A stretch of DNA of 64,000 nt from the NCBI GenBank assembly GCA_024275145.1, contig JAJRZR010000063.1, positions 1,231-65,230 on the forward strand, given 5' to 3'. The stretch's first letter is position 1. Each line of letters begins with the position of its first letter. The DNA is from Deltaproteobacteria bacterium. GTDB lineage: Bacteria > Desulfobacterota > Dissulfuribacteria > Dissulfuribacterales > QOAL01. Below the pieces are notes generated by a model. It did not search any database, had not been told where the DNA came from, and was given only the letters and a program-made list of their open reading frames with translations. This document shows positions 40,350-49,570 of the stretch, piece after piece. The position numbers and the translations under genes are program-made.

Positions 40350-40426
40350 TGGCCCGCCCAGCGCGACTCGAACACGCAACCTGCGGATTAGAAGTCCGCT
40401 GCTCTATCCAGTTGAGCTATGGGCGG
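40350..40426 (-). tRNA. tRNA-Arg (anticodon TCT)
   Basis: 77 nt: acceptor CCGCCCA/TGGGCGG (unusual C1-G72), D arm GCTC-AACTGGATA-GAGC, anticodon stem GCGGA/TCCGC with loop CTTCTAA, T arm GCGTG-TTCGAGT-CGCGC, encoded CCA. Confidence 0.88.
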
Positions 40427-40578
40427 AAAAATCTAGATTTGTATAATCTGTACCTGGTTACTTGTAAAGTTTTGAATCCCTCTGCGTAACAGAAATTTTG
40501 ACGTGAAAATGCCCCCTGCATCAGGGCCGGTTTTCATGTAACGGGTGCGTGGTGGAAGTGCAGGCCGCATGAAGGCAT

Positions 40579-41229
40579 TTAGGCCCTGAGGCCCTCGAGC
40601 GCCTCTGTCAGCTTGTTGACCTTGATGCGGAGTTCCTCCATGCTGCCGTTGTTGTCTATCGTATAATCAGCGGCCTTGGCCTTTTCTTCCTGGGGAAGTT
40701 GTGCAGCAAGCCATTTTTTAGCCAATGGGCGCGGTATCCCGCGCCTGTCTATGAGCCTCTTTAGCCTGAATTCGTCCGGGGCGGTCACGCATATGACAAA
40801 ATCTAAGAGGTCCTGCCAACCGGTCTCGAAGAGAAGGGGCACCTCTACCACAATAAGCCCGTGGCCGCGCTCGGCAAGCCGGCCTATCATGTGGCGAAGT
40901 CCCCGGAGTACATGGGGATGTATTATTTCTTCAAGCCGCTTCTTCGCACGGGCATCCGAAAGGATCCGTTTAAGGAGGCGCCTCCGGTCTATGCGGCCGT
41001 TGGCCCCCATGATCCCTGGTCCAAACTCTGCCTTTACCTTTTCAAAGGCGGGCTCTCCAGGCTCAAGGGCCTGCCTTGCGATCTCATCCGTGTCCCGAAC
41101 AATGAATCCCTTTTCCCTGAGTATGCGTCCCACTGTTGTCTTGCCCGACCCTATGCCTCCGGTCAGGGCTACTATCTTGGCAGGATACAGGGAGGAGAGC
41201 CGTCTTCGATTCATGAAAGAGCCTTTCAT
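40579..41229 (-). CDS. coaE: Dephospho-CoA kinase
   Basis: 216-aa ORF; P-loop LTGGIGSGKTT; the real start is possibly the internal Met at 41214. Confidence 0.9.
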   Translation of the reverse strand: MKGSFMNRRRLSSLYPAKIVALTGGIGSGKTTVGRILREKGFIVRDTDEIARQALEPGEPAFEKVKAEFGPGIMGANGRIDRRRLLKRILSDARAKKRLEEIIHPHVLRGLRHMIGRLAERGHGLIVVEVPLLFETGWQDLLDFVICVTAPDEFRLKRLIDRRGIPRPLAKKWLAAQLPQEEKAKAADYTIDNNGSMEELRIKVNKLTEALEGLRA

Positions 41230-41482
41230 CCCGGATTATGCACTTCAAATGATGAATAAATAGAACTGTGTTAAAAATTACAAGATGTTACAAGCAAATC
41301 AGCATCCACTTAGGTTCACCCAAAGGGTGCATCAACTTCTAAACGAAATCATCCAATATTTGAAGCCACAAGGGGTGCGTAATTTTGACGAATTTACTGC
41401 GTTGTCGGGCACTTGGTACACAAGTAGGTCTTACGTGTCCTCCGCTTGCATCTTTGGCAAACTTGCGGGCTGCATAATCCGG
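41230..41482. mobile_element. MITE-like element B (253 bp)
   Basis: Ends CCCGGATTATGCACTTCAAATGATGAATAAATA and (rc) CCGGATTATGCAGCCCGCAAGTTTGCC match both ends of element A in inverted relative orientation; begins immediately next to the annotated coaE start. Confidence 0.7.
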
Positions 41483-41820
41483 ATTCATGGTATTCGGTTA
41501 CAGGGCTGTATCCGCTGTATGGGGATGCCTTCTACACTGGTTGCGCATTTTTTAATATTTTACCATAAATATTGATGGATTGGGCAAGAAATGCCGGATA
41601 GGATGGGAAATGCCGGCTTCGGTATGCGCGCTCTCCCGTTGGATCGACAGGTTGTCCAGGGGAAGGAAAGAAGGATCGTAGTGGATACTGCCTTGGGCTC
41701 TTTAAGATATTACTACCGTGAAGACACATCTGGTCCTGGACTGCTAAGCATGAAAGTTTGGCTGGTATTTTTAGATAAAAATGGATATTGTTAGTGACCC
41801 CGTGGAAGTTGTATATTTGA

Positions 41821-41857
41821 CGTGAAGATACATCTGTCCTTGGGCCGTATCTTCGTG
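41821..41857 (+). repeat. REP-like hairpin repeat, copy S8 (11-bp stem)
   Basis: CGTGAAGATAC-ATCTGTCCTTGGGCC-GTATCTTCGTG; an unpaired 5'-half copy (CGTGAAGACACATCTGGTCCTGG) lies at 41717-41739. Confidence 0.7.
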
Positions 41858-41965
41858 CCCGGCAGGGCGGCAGGCAGGAGATCTGCCCCGGATGTCCATG
41901 CCAGGAAACACACGGTCCATGGTCCGTGTGAGGATTTCATGTAAAGGATCTTTGGAGGCAATAAC

Positions 41966-42445
41966 GTGAAAGTAGCTGGTGATACAGTTGTAACAATTAC
42001 ATATACCCTGGAGGCGGCCGACGGTGAAACACCGGATGTCTTGAAAAGGAGTTTCTCCGCAAGCTTCCTGTTTGGAAGAAACCAGATGCTGCCCTCCCTT
42101 GAGCAGGCGCTTCTGGGGCACGACAAGGGTGAGCGTGTAGAGGTTACCATTCCTTCTTCCCAGGCCTTTGGCGAATATGACGAAAAGCTGGTGAACGAGA
42201 TACCCAAGTCCCAGCTCCGCTATCCCGAAAGGCTCGAGGAAGGTCAGCTCTATGAGGAACCCATGGGAAACGGGCAGATGGTGCGCTTCCTGGTCAAGGA
42301 GGTCCGTGATGATTCCGTGGTGGGGGATTTCAACCATCCGGCAGCCGGAAAGGATCTGACTATCAGGGCAACCATAGAAGATGTGAGGGCAGCATCTGCG
42401 ATGGATATTCTTGCAGCCATCAATATGAGTAGTGGAGGTGGCTGA
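41966..42445 (+). CDS. slyD: FKBP-type peptidyl-prolyl isomerase SlyD (no His-rich tail)
   Basis: 159-aa ORF, GTG start; VVTITYTL...LFGRNQMLPSLEQALLGH...FNHPAAGKDL pattern of SlyD/FKBP with IF insert. Confidence 0.85.
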   Translation: MKVAGDTVVTITYTLEAADGETPDVLKRSFSASFLFGRNQMLPSLEQALLGHDKGERVEVTIPSSQAFGEYDEKLVNEIPKSQLRYPERLEEGQLYEEPMGNGQMVRFLVKEVRDDSVVGDFNHPAAGKDLTIRATIEDVRAASAMDILAAINMSSGGG

Positions 42446-42571
42446 GCCTGCTGAAGGATGGACCCGGCGGGTCCTGATCTCGATCGTTTGCCATGGGAAT
42501 AGAATTTCCATATAGGGTATTTTCGTGTCCGGGCGTGGCATTGAAGGTGTGGGCCACATGGGAAGCCCGGC

Positions 42572-44116
42572 GTGAAGGTACGTTTTGGGCCTTGGCTGTT
42601 TTTCCAGGCCCGTGGGTGTCTGCCCAAACAGCCGGTCAGGCATGAAGGTTTGTTGAACGATAAAGGAATTATTTCTACTGTTGAAAGGCATATATCCGAA
42701 AAGGGTCTGATCCTTCCCGGAGACCGTATCGTGGTTGCCGTTTCAGGCGGCCCTGATTCGGTATGTCTTCTCCATGTCTTGCATCTCCTAAGCAGCCAGT
42801 GGGATCTTGATCTAAAGGTCGCGCATTTTGAACACGGATTAAGGGGGCAGGAATCCCTGGACGATATGAGGTTCGTAGAGGGGCTGGCCAGGGATTACGG
42901 CCTGGAATTTTTTAAAGATCATGCAGATGTAAGGGGTTATTCCTTGGCCAAGGGGATCTGCCTGCAGGAGGCGGCAAGGCTCCTCAGGTACCGGTTCCTG
43001 GAGCGCGTTCTGGATGACTCCGGGGCCGCTCTCATAGCCACGGCCCACACGGCAAGCGATCAGGCGGAAGAGGTGCTCCTGCGTCTCCTGCGTGGTGCCG
43101 GCCTTCCTGGGCTTAGCGGCATTCCATGGAAACGGGGGGCGATCGTAAGGCCGCTTCTGGGGGTTACCAGGGATGAGGTCATGGGGCACGTGGCGTCATT
43201 CGGTTTGCGTTACCGGCTGGATAGCTCCAACGATAATCCCAAGTACATGAGGAACCGTGTGCGTAAGGAGCTGGTTCCCTTCCTGGAAGAACGCTTCAAT
43301 CCAAATATAGTTGGCACCATAAATCGGACGGCTGCGTTGCTGGCCGAGGAACAAGAGATTCTGGATGGCATGGCCGCGGAGGCCTACCGTCACTGCCTTG
43401 ACGATATCTCTACGACCAGTGGACAGGTGGCATTGAACCTGGACAGGCTTGCTGCCTGCCTTCCTGTGACAAGACGCAGGGTGTATCGCAGGGCTATCGA
43501 GGAGCTGGGGATGTTCGGCGGGGACATCGGTTATCGCCACCTCGACGCCCTTGATCACCTGGTTGTCCAGCCCGTGCCAGGCAAGCGTTGTATACTGCCA
43601 AGGGGGGTGTCGGCCTACCGGGACTATCATCACCTTGTTATTTCTTCCACGCCCTTCGAGGCCGGCCCAGGGGACGAAGCTGGGAGATCGACGCTGATAA
43701 CCGGCGCAGGTTCCTGGAAAATCCCGTGGATGGATGCACAGTTGGATATTATACCCCTTTCGTCACAGGCTCCCTTATCTGGACAGGGATCATCAGGTTA
43801 TCCAAGGAGGCTTTTTATCGCTCGTGACTCGGCGAGATTCCCGCTGATCCTCAGGAGGCGCAGGCCTGGTGACAGGTTCTTGCCTTTTGGCGCCAAGGTT
43901 TCGATGAGATTAAAGAGATTCATGATCAACAGGAAGATCCCGAGGGATCTAAGAAACAGGCTACCTGTAATCGAAAGGGATGGCCAGATATTGGTGCTGG
44001 CAGGTGTGGAGGTATCCGAGGCGTGCAGGATCAGGCCTGGCCGGTATGGCAGCGCATATTGCCTGGAACTGAAAGGCTTCCCATGGCGCGGTGGCGGGCG
44101 TGCAAATGGGCATTGA
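42572..44116 (+). CDS. tilS: tRNA(Ile)-lysidine synthase
   Basis: ORF of 514 aa (true start probably downstream); PP-loop VAVSGGPDSVCLLHVL, AHTASDQAEEVLLRLLRG. Confidence 0.9.
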   Translation: MKVRFGPWLFFQARGCLPKQPVRHEGLLNDKGIISTVERHISEKGLILPGDRIVVAVSGGPDSVCLLHVLHLLSSQWDLDLKVAHFEHGLRGQESLDDMRFVEGLARDYGLEFFKDHADVRGYSLAKGICLQEAARLLRYRFLERVLDDSGAALIATAHTASDQAEEVLLRLLRGAGLPGLSGIPWKRGAIVRPLLGVTRDEVMGHVASFGLRYRLDSSNDNPKYMRNRVRKELVPFLEERFNPNIVGTINRTAALLAEEQEILDGMAAEAYRHCLDDISTTSGQVALNLDRLAACLPVTRRRVYRRAIEELGMFGGDIGYRHLDALDHLVVQPVPGKRCILPRGVSAYRDYHHLVISSTPFEAGPGDEAGRSTLITGAGSWKIPWMDAQLDIIPLSSQAPLSGQGSSGYPRRLFIARDSARFPLILRRRRPGDRFLPFGAKVSMRLKRFMINRKIPRDLRNRLPVIERDGQILVLAGVEVSEACRIRPGRYGSAYCLELKGFPWRGGGRANGH

Positions 44117-44145
44117 TGGGCGGTTTGATCCTTATTTTAATAGAT

Positions 44146-44161
44146 ATTTATTGCAATAAAT
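44146..44161. promoter_or_regulatory. Perfect 16-bp palindrome ATTTATTGCAATAAAT upstream of ftsH (candidate operator)
   Basis: Exact dyad read directly from the sequence, ~220 nt upstream of the ftsH TTG start; no known regulator assigned. Confidence 0.3.
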
Positions 44162-44382
44162 GCATAAGATCGGTTTAATATAATTGAATGCTTTCTTAAG
44201 CTGAATTCTTGGCCGGGATAGTCGTTTTTTTGTCAAAGGTGCTACCATGCCTGCCGTGTCGTTTGCACAGGCTTTGCCCGGCTTGGAGATGCGCTCTCTG
44301 CAGGGCACGTTTTTATCTGAAATTCAATAGAATAGAGGTGTTTGTCGGCGCTGGCACCTTGAGTTCTTTTTGGAGGAATACT

Positions 44383-46218
44383 TTGAACACGTTTTATAAA
44401 AACTTGAGTCTTTGGCTTGTAATCGGGCTTGTCATGGTCTTTCTGTTCAACCTTTTCAACAAGCCCAAGGACAATATCCGGGAGATCCCCTATAGCGAGT
44501 TTATCTCCTACGTGGAAAAGGGACAGGTAAGTAAGGTCGTGATCCAGAAGGACAAGATAAAGGGGGTTTTTTCCAACGAGTCCCCGTTTCGGACGGTTGC
44601 GCCGGCCCAGGACCCTGATCTCGTAAAGGAACTCAAGAAAAAGGGTGTCACCATACAGGTCAAGCCGGTGGAGGAGACCCCATGGTACCTGACGTTACTG
44701 ATCTCTTGGTTCCCCATGTTGTTGCTCATCGGGGTATGGATCTTCTTCATGCGCCAGATGCAGGGCGGCGGTGGCCGTGCAATGTCCTTTGGCAGGAGCA
44801 GGGCAAAGCTTCTCAATAGCCAGAACATAAAGGTGACGTTCCAGGACGTGGCAGGTGTTGAGGAGGCCAAGGAAGAGCTGGAAGAGATAATTGATTTCCT
44901 GAAGGACCCCAAGCGCTTCACACGCCTTGGCGGCAGGATACCCAAGGGTGTGCTGCTGGTGGGGCCTCCGGGGACGGGTAAAACGCTTCTTGCAAAGGCC
45001 ATTGCAGGTGAGGCCGGGGTTCCCTTTTTCAGCATAAGCGGTTCCGACTTCGTAGAGATGTTTGTTGGTGTAGGCGCATCCAGGGTCAGGGACCTGTTCG
45101 TCCAGGCCAAGAAACACGCACCGTGCATCATCTTTATTGGCGAGATAGACGCCGTGGGAAGGCACCGCGGGGCAGGTCTTGGCGGTGGACACGACGAAAG
45201 GGAACAGACGCTCAACCAGCTCCTTGTAGAAATGGACGGTTTCGAGACGTCAAGCGGTGTCATCGTCGTCTCCGCCACGAACAGGCCTGATGTGCTTGAT
45301 CCCGCCCTGCTGCGGCCCGGGCGTTTCGACAGGCAGGTGACTGTTCCGGTTCCAGACCTCAACGGCCGTGAGAAGATCCTCAAGGTACATACCAAGAAGA
45401 CCCCCCTTGCCGACGATGTCGACCTTTCCCTCATCGCCAGGGGAACTCCGGGCTTTTCAGGGGCTGACATCGAGAACCTGGTGAACGAGGCTGCCCTTAT
45501 CGCTGCAAGGGAAAACAAGGACAAGGTGGGCATGGAGGACTTTGAAAAGGCGAAGGACAAGGTCCTCATGGGCGCTGAACGCAAGAGCATGATCCTTTCG
45601 GATGAGGAAAAGCGGATAACGGCATTCCACGAGGCAGGTCACACCCTTGCAGCCAAGTTACTGCCGGGGGCCGATCCGATTCACAAGGTCACTATCATCC
45701 CCAGGGGCAGGGCCCTTGGACTTACCCAACAACTGCCGCAGGATGAAAGACACACCTATCCCAAGTCCTACCTGTTGAATAACCTGGTGATCCTGCTGGG
45801 TGGAAGGGTGGCCGAGGAGCTCACCTTCAACGAGTTGACCACAGGGGCAGGAAATGACATAGAGCGTGCCTCCGGCCTGGCCAGAAAGATGGTTTGTGAA
45901 TGGGGCATGAGTGATGAACTCGGGCCGGTGGCATTTGCCAAGCAGGACAACGAGGTCTTCCTGGGCAGGGATTTTGGCCATGTCAAGGAGTACAGCGAGG
46001 CTACTGCCCAGAAGATCGATGAAGAGGTGGAAAGGATCGTTCGAAGGGCATATGAAAGGACGAAGGGGCTTCTTCAGGAGAATATAGAGTGTCTCAATGC
46101 GATTGCAGAGGCCTTGCTGGATAGGGAGTCGCTGGGTGCCCAGGATATTGAAGAATTAATGGATGGGTGTCGAAAAGTAGACCAGACAAAGGCGGAAGGC
46201 AACGAGGCAACCGCATGA
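44383..46218 (+). CDS. ftsH: ATP-dependent zinc metalloprotease FtsH
   Basis: ORF 44209-46218; GGAGG 6 nt before TTG 44383 gives the canonical N-terminus ([16 protein letters not shown]); Walker [17 protein letters not shown] zinc motif. Confidence 0.97.
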   Translation: MNTFYKNLSLWLVIGLVMVFLFNLFNKPKDNIREIPYSEFISYVEKGQVSKVVIQKDKIKGVFSNESPFRTVAPAQDPDLVKELKKKGVTIQVKPVEETPWYLTLLISWFPMLLLIGVWIFFMRQMQGGGGRAMSFGRSRAKLLNSQNIKVTFQDVAGVEEAKEELEEIIDFLKDPKRFTRLGGRIPKGVLLVGPPGTGKTLLAKAIAGEAGVPFFSISGSDFVEMFVGVGASRVRDLFVQAKKHAPCIIFIGEIDAVGRHRGAGLGGGHDEREQTLNQLLVEMDGFETSSGVIVVSATNRPDVLDPALLRPGRFDRQVTVPVPDLNGREKILKVHTKKTPLADDVDLSLIARGTPGFSGADIENLVNEAALIAARENKDKVGMEDFEKAKDKVLMGAERKSMILSDEEKRITAFHEAGHTLAAKLLPGADPIHKVTIIPRGRALGLTQQLPQDERHTYPKSYLLNNLVILLGGRVAEELTFNELTTGAGNDIERASGLARKMVCEWGMSDELGPVAFAKQDNEVFLGRDFGHVKEYSEATAQKIDEEVERIVRRAYERTKGLLQENIECLNAIAEALLDRESLGAQDIEELMDGCRKVDQTKAEGNEATA

Positions 46219-46291
46219 GCCGTTTATGTGACAGCCTGGGGCGTCTTGACCGTTTCGGCTACAAGAATCTGTCGGGGCCTGCCAGACCAAG

Positions 46292-47134
46292 ATGAGACTT
46301 AGAGGCCGGGATTTTGTCTGGGGCAGGCGTACCTACCTCATGGGGGTAGTGAATGTAACCCCTGATTCCTTCTCCGATGGCGGTGATGCATATTCCCCGG
46401 ATTCCGCTCTGGAAAAGGCATTATCCCTTGTTGAGGCGGGGGCCGACATATTGGATATCGGCGGTGAATCCAGCCGGCCCTTTTCAGAGCCTGTTGGCGC
46501 GGAAGAGGAACTCAGACGGGTGATCCCTGCCATCCGTATTATACGTAAGTCCTGCGATTGCCCTGTCTCCATCGATACAACCAAGGCCCGGGTCGCCAAG
46601 GCAGCCATAGACGAAGGGGCAGATCTCGTCAACGATATAAGCGCCATGCGTTTCGATCCTGAGATGGCCCCGTTTATAGCAAGCTCTGGGGTGTCTGTTG
46701 TGCTCATGCACATGGAAGGCACGCCCAAGGACATGCAAAGGGGCCCATGGTATGAGGATGTAGTCAAGGAGATCAAGGAGTTTCTTGCCGAGAGGATCTC
46801 CTTCGCACAGGAAGCCGGGATCGCAAGGGATAAGATCATCATCGATCCTGGTATAGGCTTTGGCAAACGGTTGGAAGACAATCTTTCTATTATCAAGAAG
46901 TTGCACTGTTTCGCAGATCTTGGTTATCCGATTCTAGTCGGGCCTTCAAGGAAGGCATTTCTGGGCTCGGTTACCGGGATAGAGGAGCCGAAGCAGAGGG
47001 ACGTGGCAACGCTTGGGGCCGTGGCTGTATGTGTTGCGAATGGTGCCGATATCATACGGGTCCATGATGTCAACATGACAAGGCAGGTGACAGTGGTGGC
47101 GGATGCTATTTGCAGGCGGCACAACTTACCATGA
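46292..47134 (+). CDS. folP: Dihydropteroate synthase
   Basis: 280-aa ORF; MGVVNVTPDSFSDGG, DIGGESSRP, NDISA, GFGK motifs. Confidence 0.95.
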   Translation: MRLRGRDFVWGRRTYLMGVVNVTPDSFSDGGDAYSPDSALEKALSLVEAGADILDIGGESSRPFSEPVGAEEELRRVIPAIRIIRKSCDCPVSIDTTKARVAKAAIDEGADLVNDISAMRFDPEMAPFIASSGVSVVLMHMEGTPKDMQRGPWYEDVVKEIKEFLAERISFAQEAGIARDKIIIDPGIGFGKRLEDNLSIIKKLHCFADLGYPILVGPSRKAFLGSVTGIEEPKQRDVATLGAVAVCVANGADIIRVHDVNMTRQVTVVADAICRRHNLP

Positions 47135-47266
47135 AGATACACCCTGGCCTTGGACAGGTTTTATGTCCTGGGGTGCGGCTTCATGCGCGGGCTACCTGAA
47201 GGCCTTTTAGCAGTTTCCGGGTAGACCTTCATGTGGCCTACAATCGCGGGCACCGTGTCCCAAGGT

Positions 47267-47310
47267 CGTGAAAATACAGCCCCGATGGGGGTGAATTTTC
47301 ACGGTAAAAA
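47267..47310 (+). repeat. REP-like hairpin repeat, copy S2 (perfect 9-bp outer stem)
   Basis: CGTGAAAAT-ACAG-CCCC-GAT-GGGG-GTGA-ATTTTCACG-GTAAAAA. Confidence 0.75.
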
Positions 47311-47399
47311 CCTGGAAGACCACCTACCGATCGTGCATCCAGTGGATGGCAGCAGCGGTGTATTTTCCCACTAATAAATTTAGCGTGGGCACAAATTCA

Positions 47400-47425
47400 C
47401 CGTGAGAATCCGTCCTTTCTCACGG
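47400..47425 (+). repeat. Compact REP-like hairpin, copy S14
   Basis: CCGTGAGA-ATCCGTCCTT-TCTCACGG; same CGTGA...TCACG arms and GTCCT loop motif as the family. Confidence 0.55.
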
Positions 47426-47487
47426 CTGCATTTCCATGCCTGGCGGGGTATGGCGCCAGATTGTGGACCGCCTGAAGGTTTGATTAG

Positions 47488-48288
47488 ATGATAGTGCAGA
47501 CCCTTGAACAATATTTGCCTCTTATACGGTGGCAAGACGTAGTAGACATCCTAGTGGTGGCCTACATTATTTACCGGGTTGTTTTGCTGGTGCGGGGCAC
47601 AAGGGCTGTACATATGGCCGCTGGCCTGGCGGTCATAATACTTGTTTATTTCATTGCCAGATATCTTGAGCTTTATACCCTCCATTGGCTACTGGGCACC
47701 GTACTTAGTTCCCTCTTCTTGCTCATCATTATCGTCTTTCAGGATGACATAAGAAGGGTGCTTACCCAGATGGGCCAGCCTCCTTTCCTCAAGTACAGGG
47801 TAAAGACCTTTCAGGCCCTGGAAGAGATAGCAAAGGCGGCCAGCACCCTTTCCCAGTCCAAGACCGGCGCATTGATAGTCCTTGAAAGGGATGTAGGTCT
47901 TGGAGACTATCTCGAAACCGGAGTAGGTATCCATGCCAGCGTTACGCAGATGCTGTTGTGCACTATATTCGCCAAGTGTACGCCGCTCCATGATGGTGCA
48001 GTAATCATCCAGAAGGGCAGGCTTACCGCGGCAGGTGTCGTGCTTCCACTGAGCACGAATCCCAATATCAGCAAGAGGCTTGGGACCAGGCACCGGGCCG
48101 GTATCGGGATCACCGAGCAAACCGATGCGGTCTCGGTGATAGTTTCCGAGGAGACCGGTACCATTTCTGTCGCAATAGCCGGGCGTATTACCAGGGATCT
48201 GGACCCGGGAACACTGCGAAGGATTCTGCACAACACCTTTGCCACCGAGGAATCAGAGAAGCGCTGGTGGCGCAGGAGGATTGCCTGA
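47488..48288 (+). CDS. cdaA: Diadenylate cyclase CdaA (membrane-bound DAC)
   Basis: 266-aa ORF; three N-terminal TM helices; DAC motifs GALIVLERD, TPLHDGAVII, LGTRHRAGIGITE. Confidence 0.93.
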   Translation: MIVQTLEQYLPLIRWQDVVDILVVAYIIYRVVLLVRGTRAVHMAAGLAVIILVYFIARYLELYTLHWLLGTVLSSLFLLIIIVFQDDIRRVLTQMGQPPFLKYRVKTFQALEEIAKAASTLSQSKTGALIVLERDVGLGDYLETGVGIHASVTQMLLCTIFAKCTPLHDGAVIIQKGRLTAAGVVLPLSTNPNISKRLGTRHRAGIGITEQTDAVSVIVSEETGTISVAIAGRITRDLDPGTLRRILHNTFATEESEKRWWRRRIA

Positions 48289-48291
48289 TCT

Positions 48292-49212
48292 ATGGCCTGG
48301 CGGGATTTTTTCTTGAAAAATTGGGTCCTAAAACTTATTTCCATTTGCTTCGCGGTGATACTGTGGTTCTTCGTGGTGGGAGAGGAGAAGGCGGAGATAG
48401 GTATCCAGGTGCCTATAGAGATCGTCAATCTGCCCCATGACCTGGTTATTTCGAACGATATACCCTCGGTCATAGATGTGAGGGTGTATGGACCACGCAG
48501 CATGATAAGGCTGATGACCAATCAGGGGGTCTCTAAGGTCATCGATCTCAGCGGGGCCAGCGCCGGAACCATAACGGTACACATAACACCGGACAGCCTT
48601 CCCCTGCCAGGAGGTGTACGGGCAATGAGGATCCAGCCCAGCAAGTTCGACATCGTGCTCGAGCCCTTTGTGCGTAAGGTGTTGCGAGTGCAGCCCGTGT
48701 TGACAGGGGCAGTGGCCAGGGACTACGAGGTTTCCGGGGTGAGCGTTTCCCCCTCCGCGGTTGAGCTTGGAGGACCAGCTAGCGAGATGCGAAGACTCAG
48801 GGAGATAAAGACCCTTCCAATAGAATTGAATGGTGAGAAGAAGGGCTTTACTAGGGAGGTGGGGCTTGATCTTCAAGGCCTGCACGTTACAGTGGAAGAT
48901 GCAGTAAGGGTGAGGGTGCACGTGGGCATCTCACCCCAGAAGGGGGTTCGACGCATCAACCATGTCCCTGTACAACTCGAGGCGACACAGACCGGCATAT
49001 CTTGGTGGCCAAAGGAGGTCAGCGTTGTCCTGGCAGGTGAAAAACCGAGCTTGAACAGGCTCCGGGTGGAAGATATAAAGGTTGTCTTGTCTATAAATGG
49101 GGTCAAACAGGGTACGCACTACCTGAGGCCGGATTTTCTGGTGCCACCCGGCCTAAGGGTGATGAAGGTAATACCCCAGAAAATTAAGGTAGTTGTGCCC
49201 AAACCTTCGTAG
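48292..49212 (+). CDS. cdaR: CdaR (YbbR-domain regulator of CdaA)
   Basis: 306-aa ORF; N-terminal TM (KLISICFAVILWFFV) and repeated YbbR-like beta modules; 3 nt after cdaA. Confidence 0.85.
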   Translation: MAWRDFFLKNWVLKLISICFAVILWFFVVGEEKAEIGIQVPIEIVNLPHDLVISNDIPSVIDVRVYGPRSMIRLMTNQGVSKVIDLSGASAGTITVHITPDSLPLPGGVRAMRIQPSKFDIVLEPFVRKVLRVQPVLTGAVARDYEVSGVSVSPSAVELGGPASEMRRLREIKTLPIELNGEKKGFTREVGLDLQGLHVTVEDAVRVRVHVGISPQKGVRRINHVPVQLEATQTGISWWPKEVSVVLAGEKPSLNRLRVEDIKVVLSINGVKQGTHYLRPDFLVPPGLRVMKVIPQKIKVVVPKPS

Positions 49213-49246
49213 TCCTTCATTGGGCCGGTCTCGTTGACTTGGCGTT

Positions 49247-49287
49247 CGCTTAAAATACGTGTCCTGCCCTTGGGCTGTATTTGCGTG
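49247..49287 (+). repeat. REP-like hairpin repeat, copy S6 (cdaR-glmM spacer)
   Basis: CGCTTAAAATAC-GTGTCCTGCCCTTGGGCT-GTATTTGCGTG; the loop resembles the S8 loop (TGTCCT..TTGGGC). Confidence 0.55.
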
Positions 49288-49570
49288 TTCCATGGCACGG
49301 GTCGGTGGCGGCAACGGGGGCTCGAGTAGATGATGTCCTGCCAGGGAATATTTCTTGCTTATCATGATTGGTTGTCTGTCATAGATGTAGAAAAGATAGG
49401 TTCCGAGAGGTAAACCAATACAGGGGCTTACTAAAAGACCCAGCCATCATCGCGGTGGTATTATGCTGCCCAGCAGGTCCCAGCAGGGCGTTAGGGGTGA
49501 GCATGTAGCCGTTTGAAGGGAAAAGAGGCCAGGTGTTACAGATGTGTAGATTTCAGAGAGAGTAACGGTA

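Noticed and set aside
41285-41575. A 96-aa ORF within and beyond MITE-like element B.
   Set aside because: It starts inside the repeat element and runs across its right terminus. It has no SD sequence and no recognisable motif. It is likely spurious.
41771-42691. A 306-aa minus-strand ORF spanning the slyD region.
   Set aside because: It is antisense to a well-supported slyD and to the 5' end of tilS. Its sequence is low-complexity and Pro/Gly/His-rich.
47267-47303. The GTGA...TCAC arms of the repeats interpreted as CRP/FNR-type operator half-sites.
   Set aside because: The spacing between arms is 10-30 nt and variable, not the fixed 6-nt (CRP) or 4-nt (FNR) spacer.
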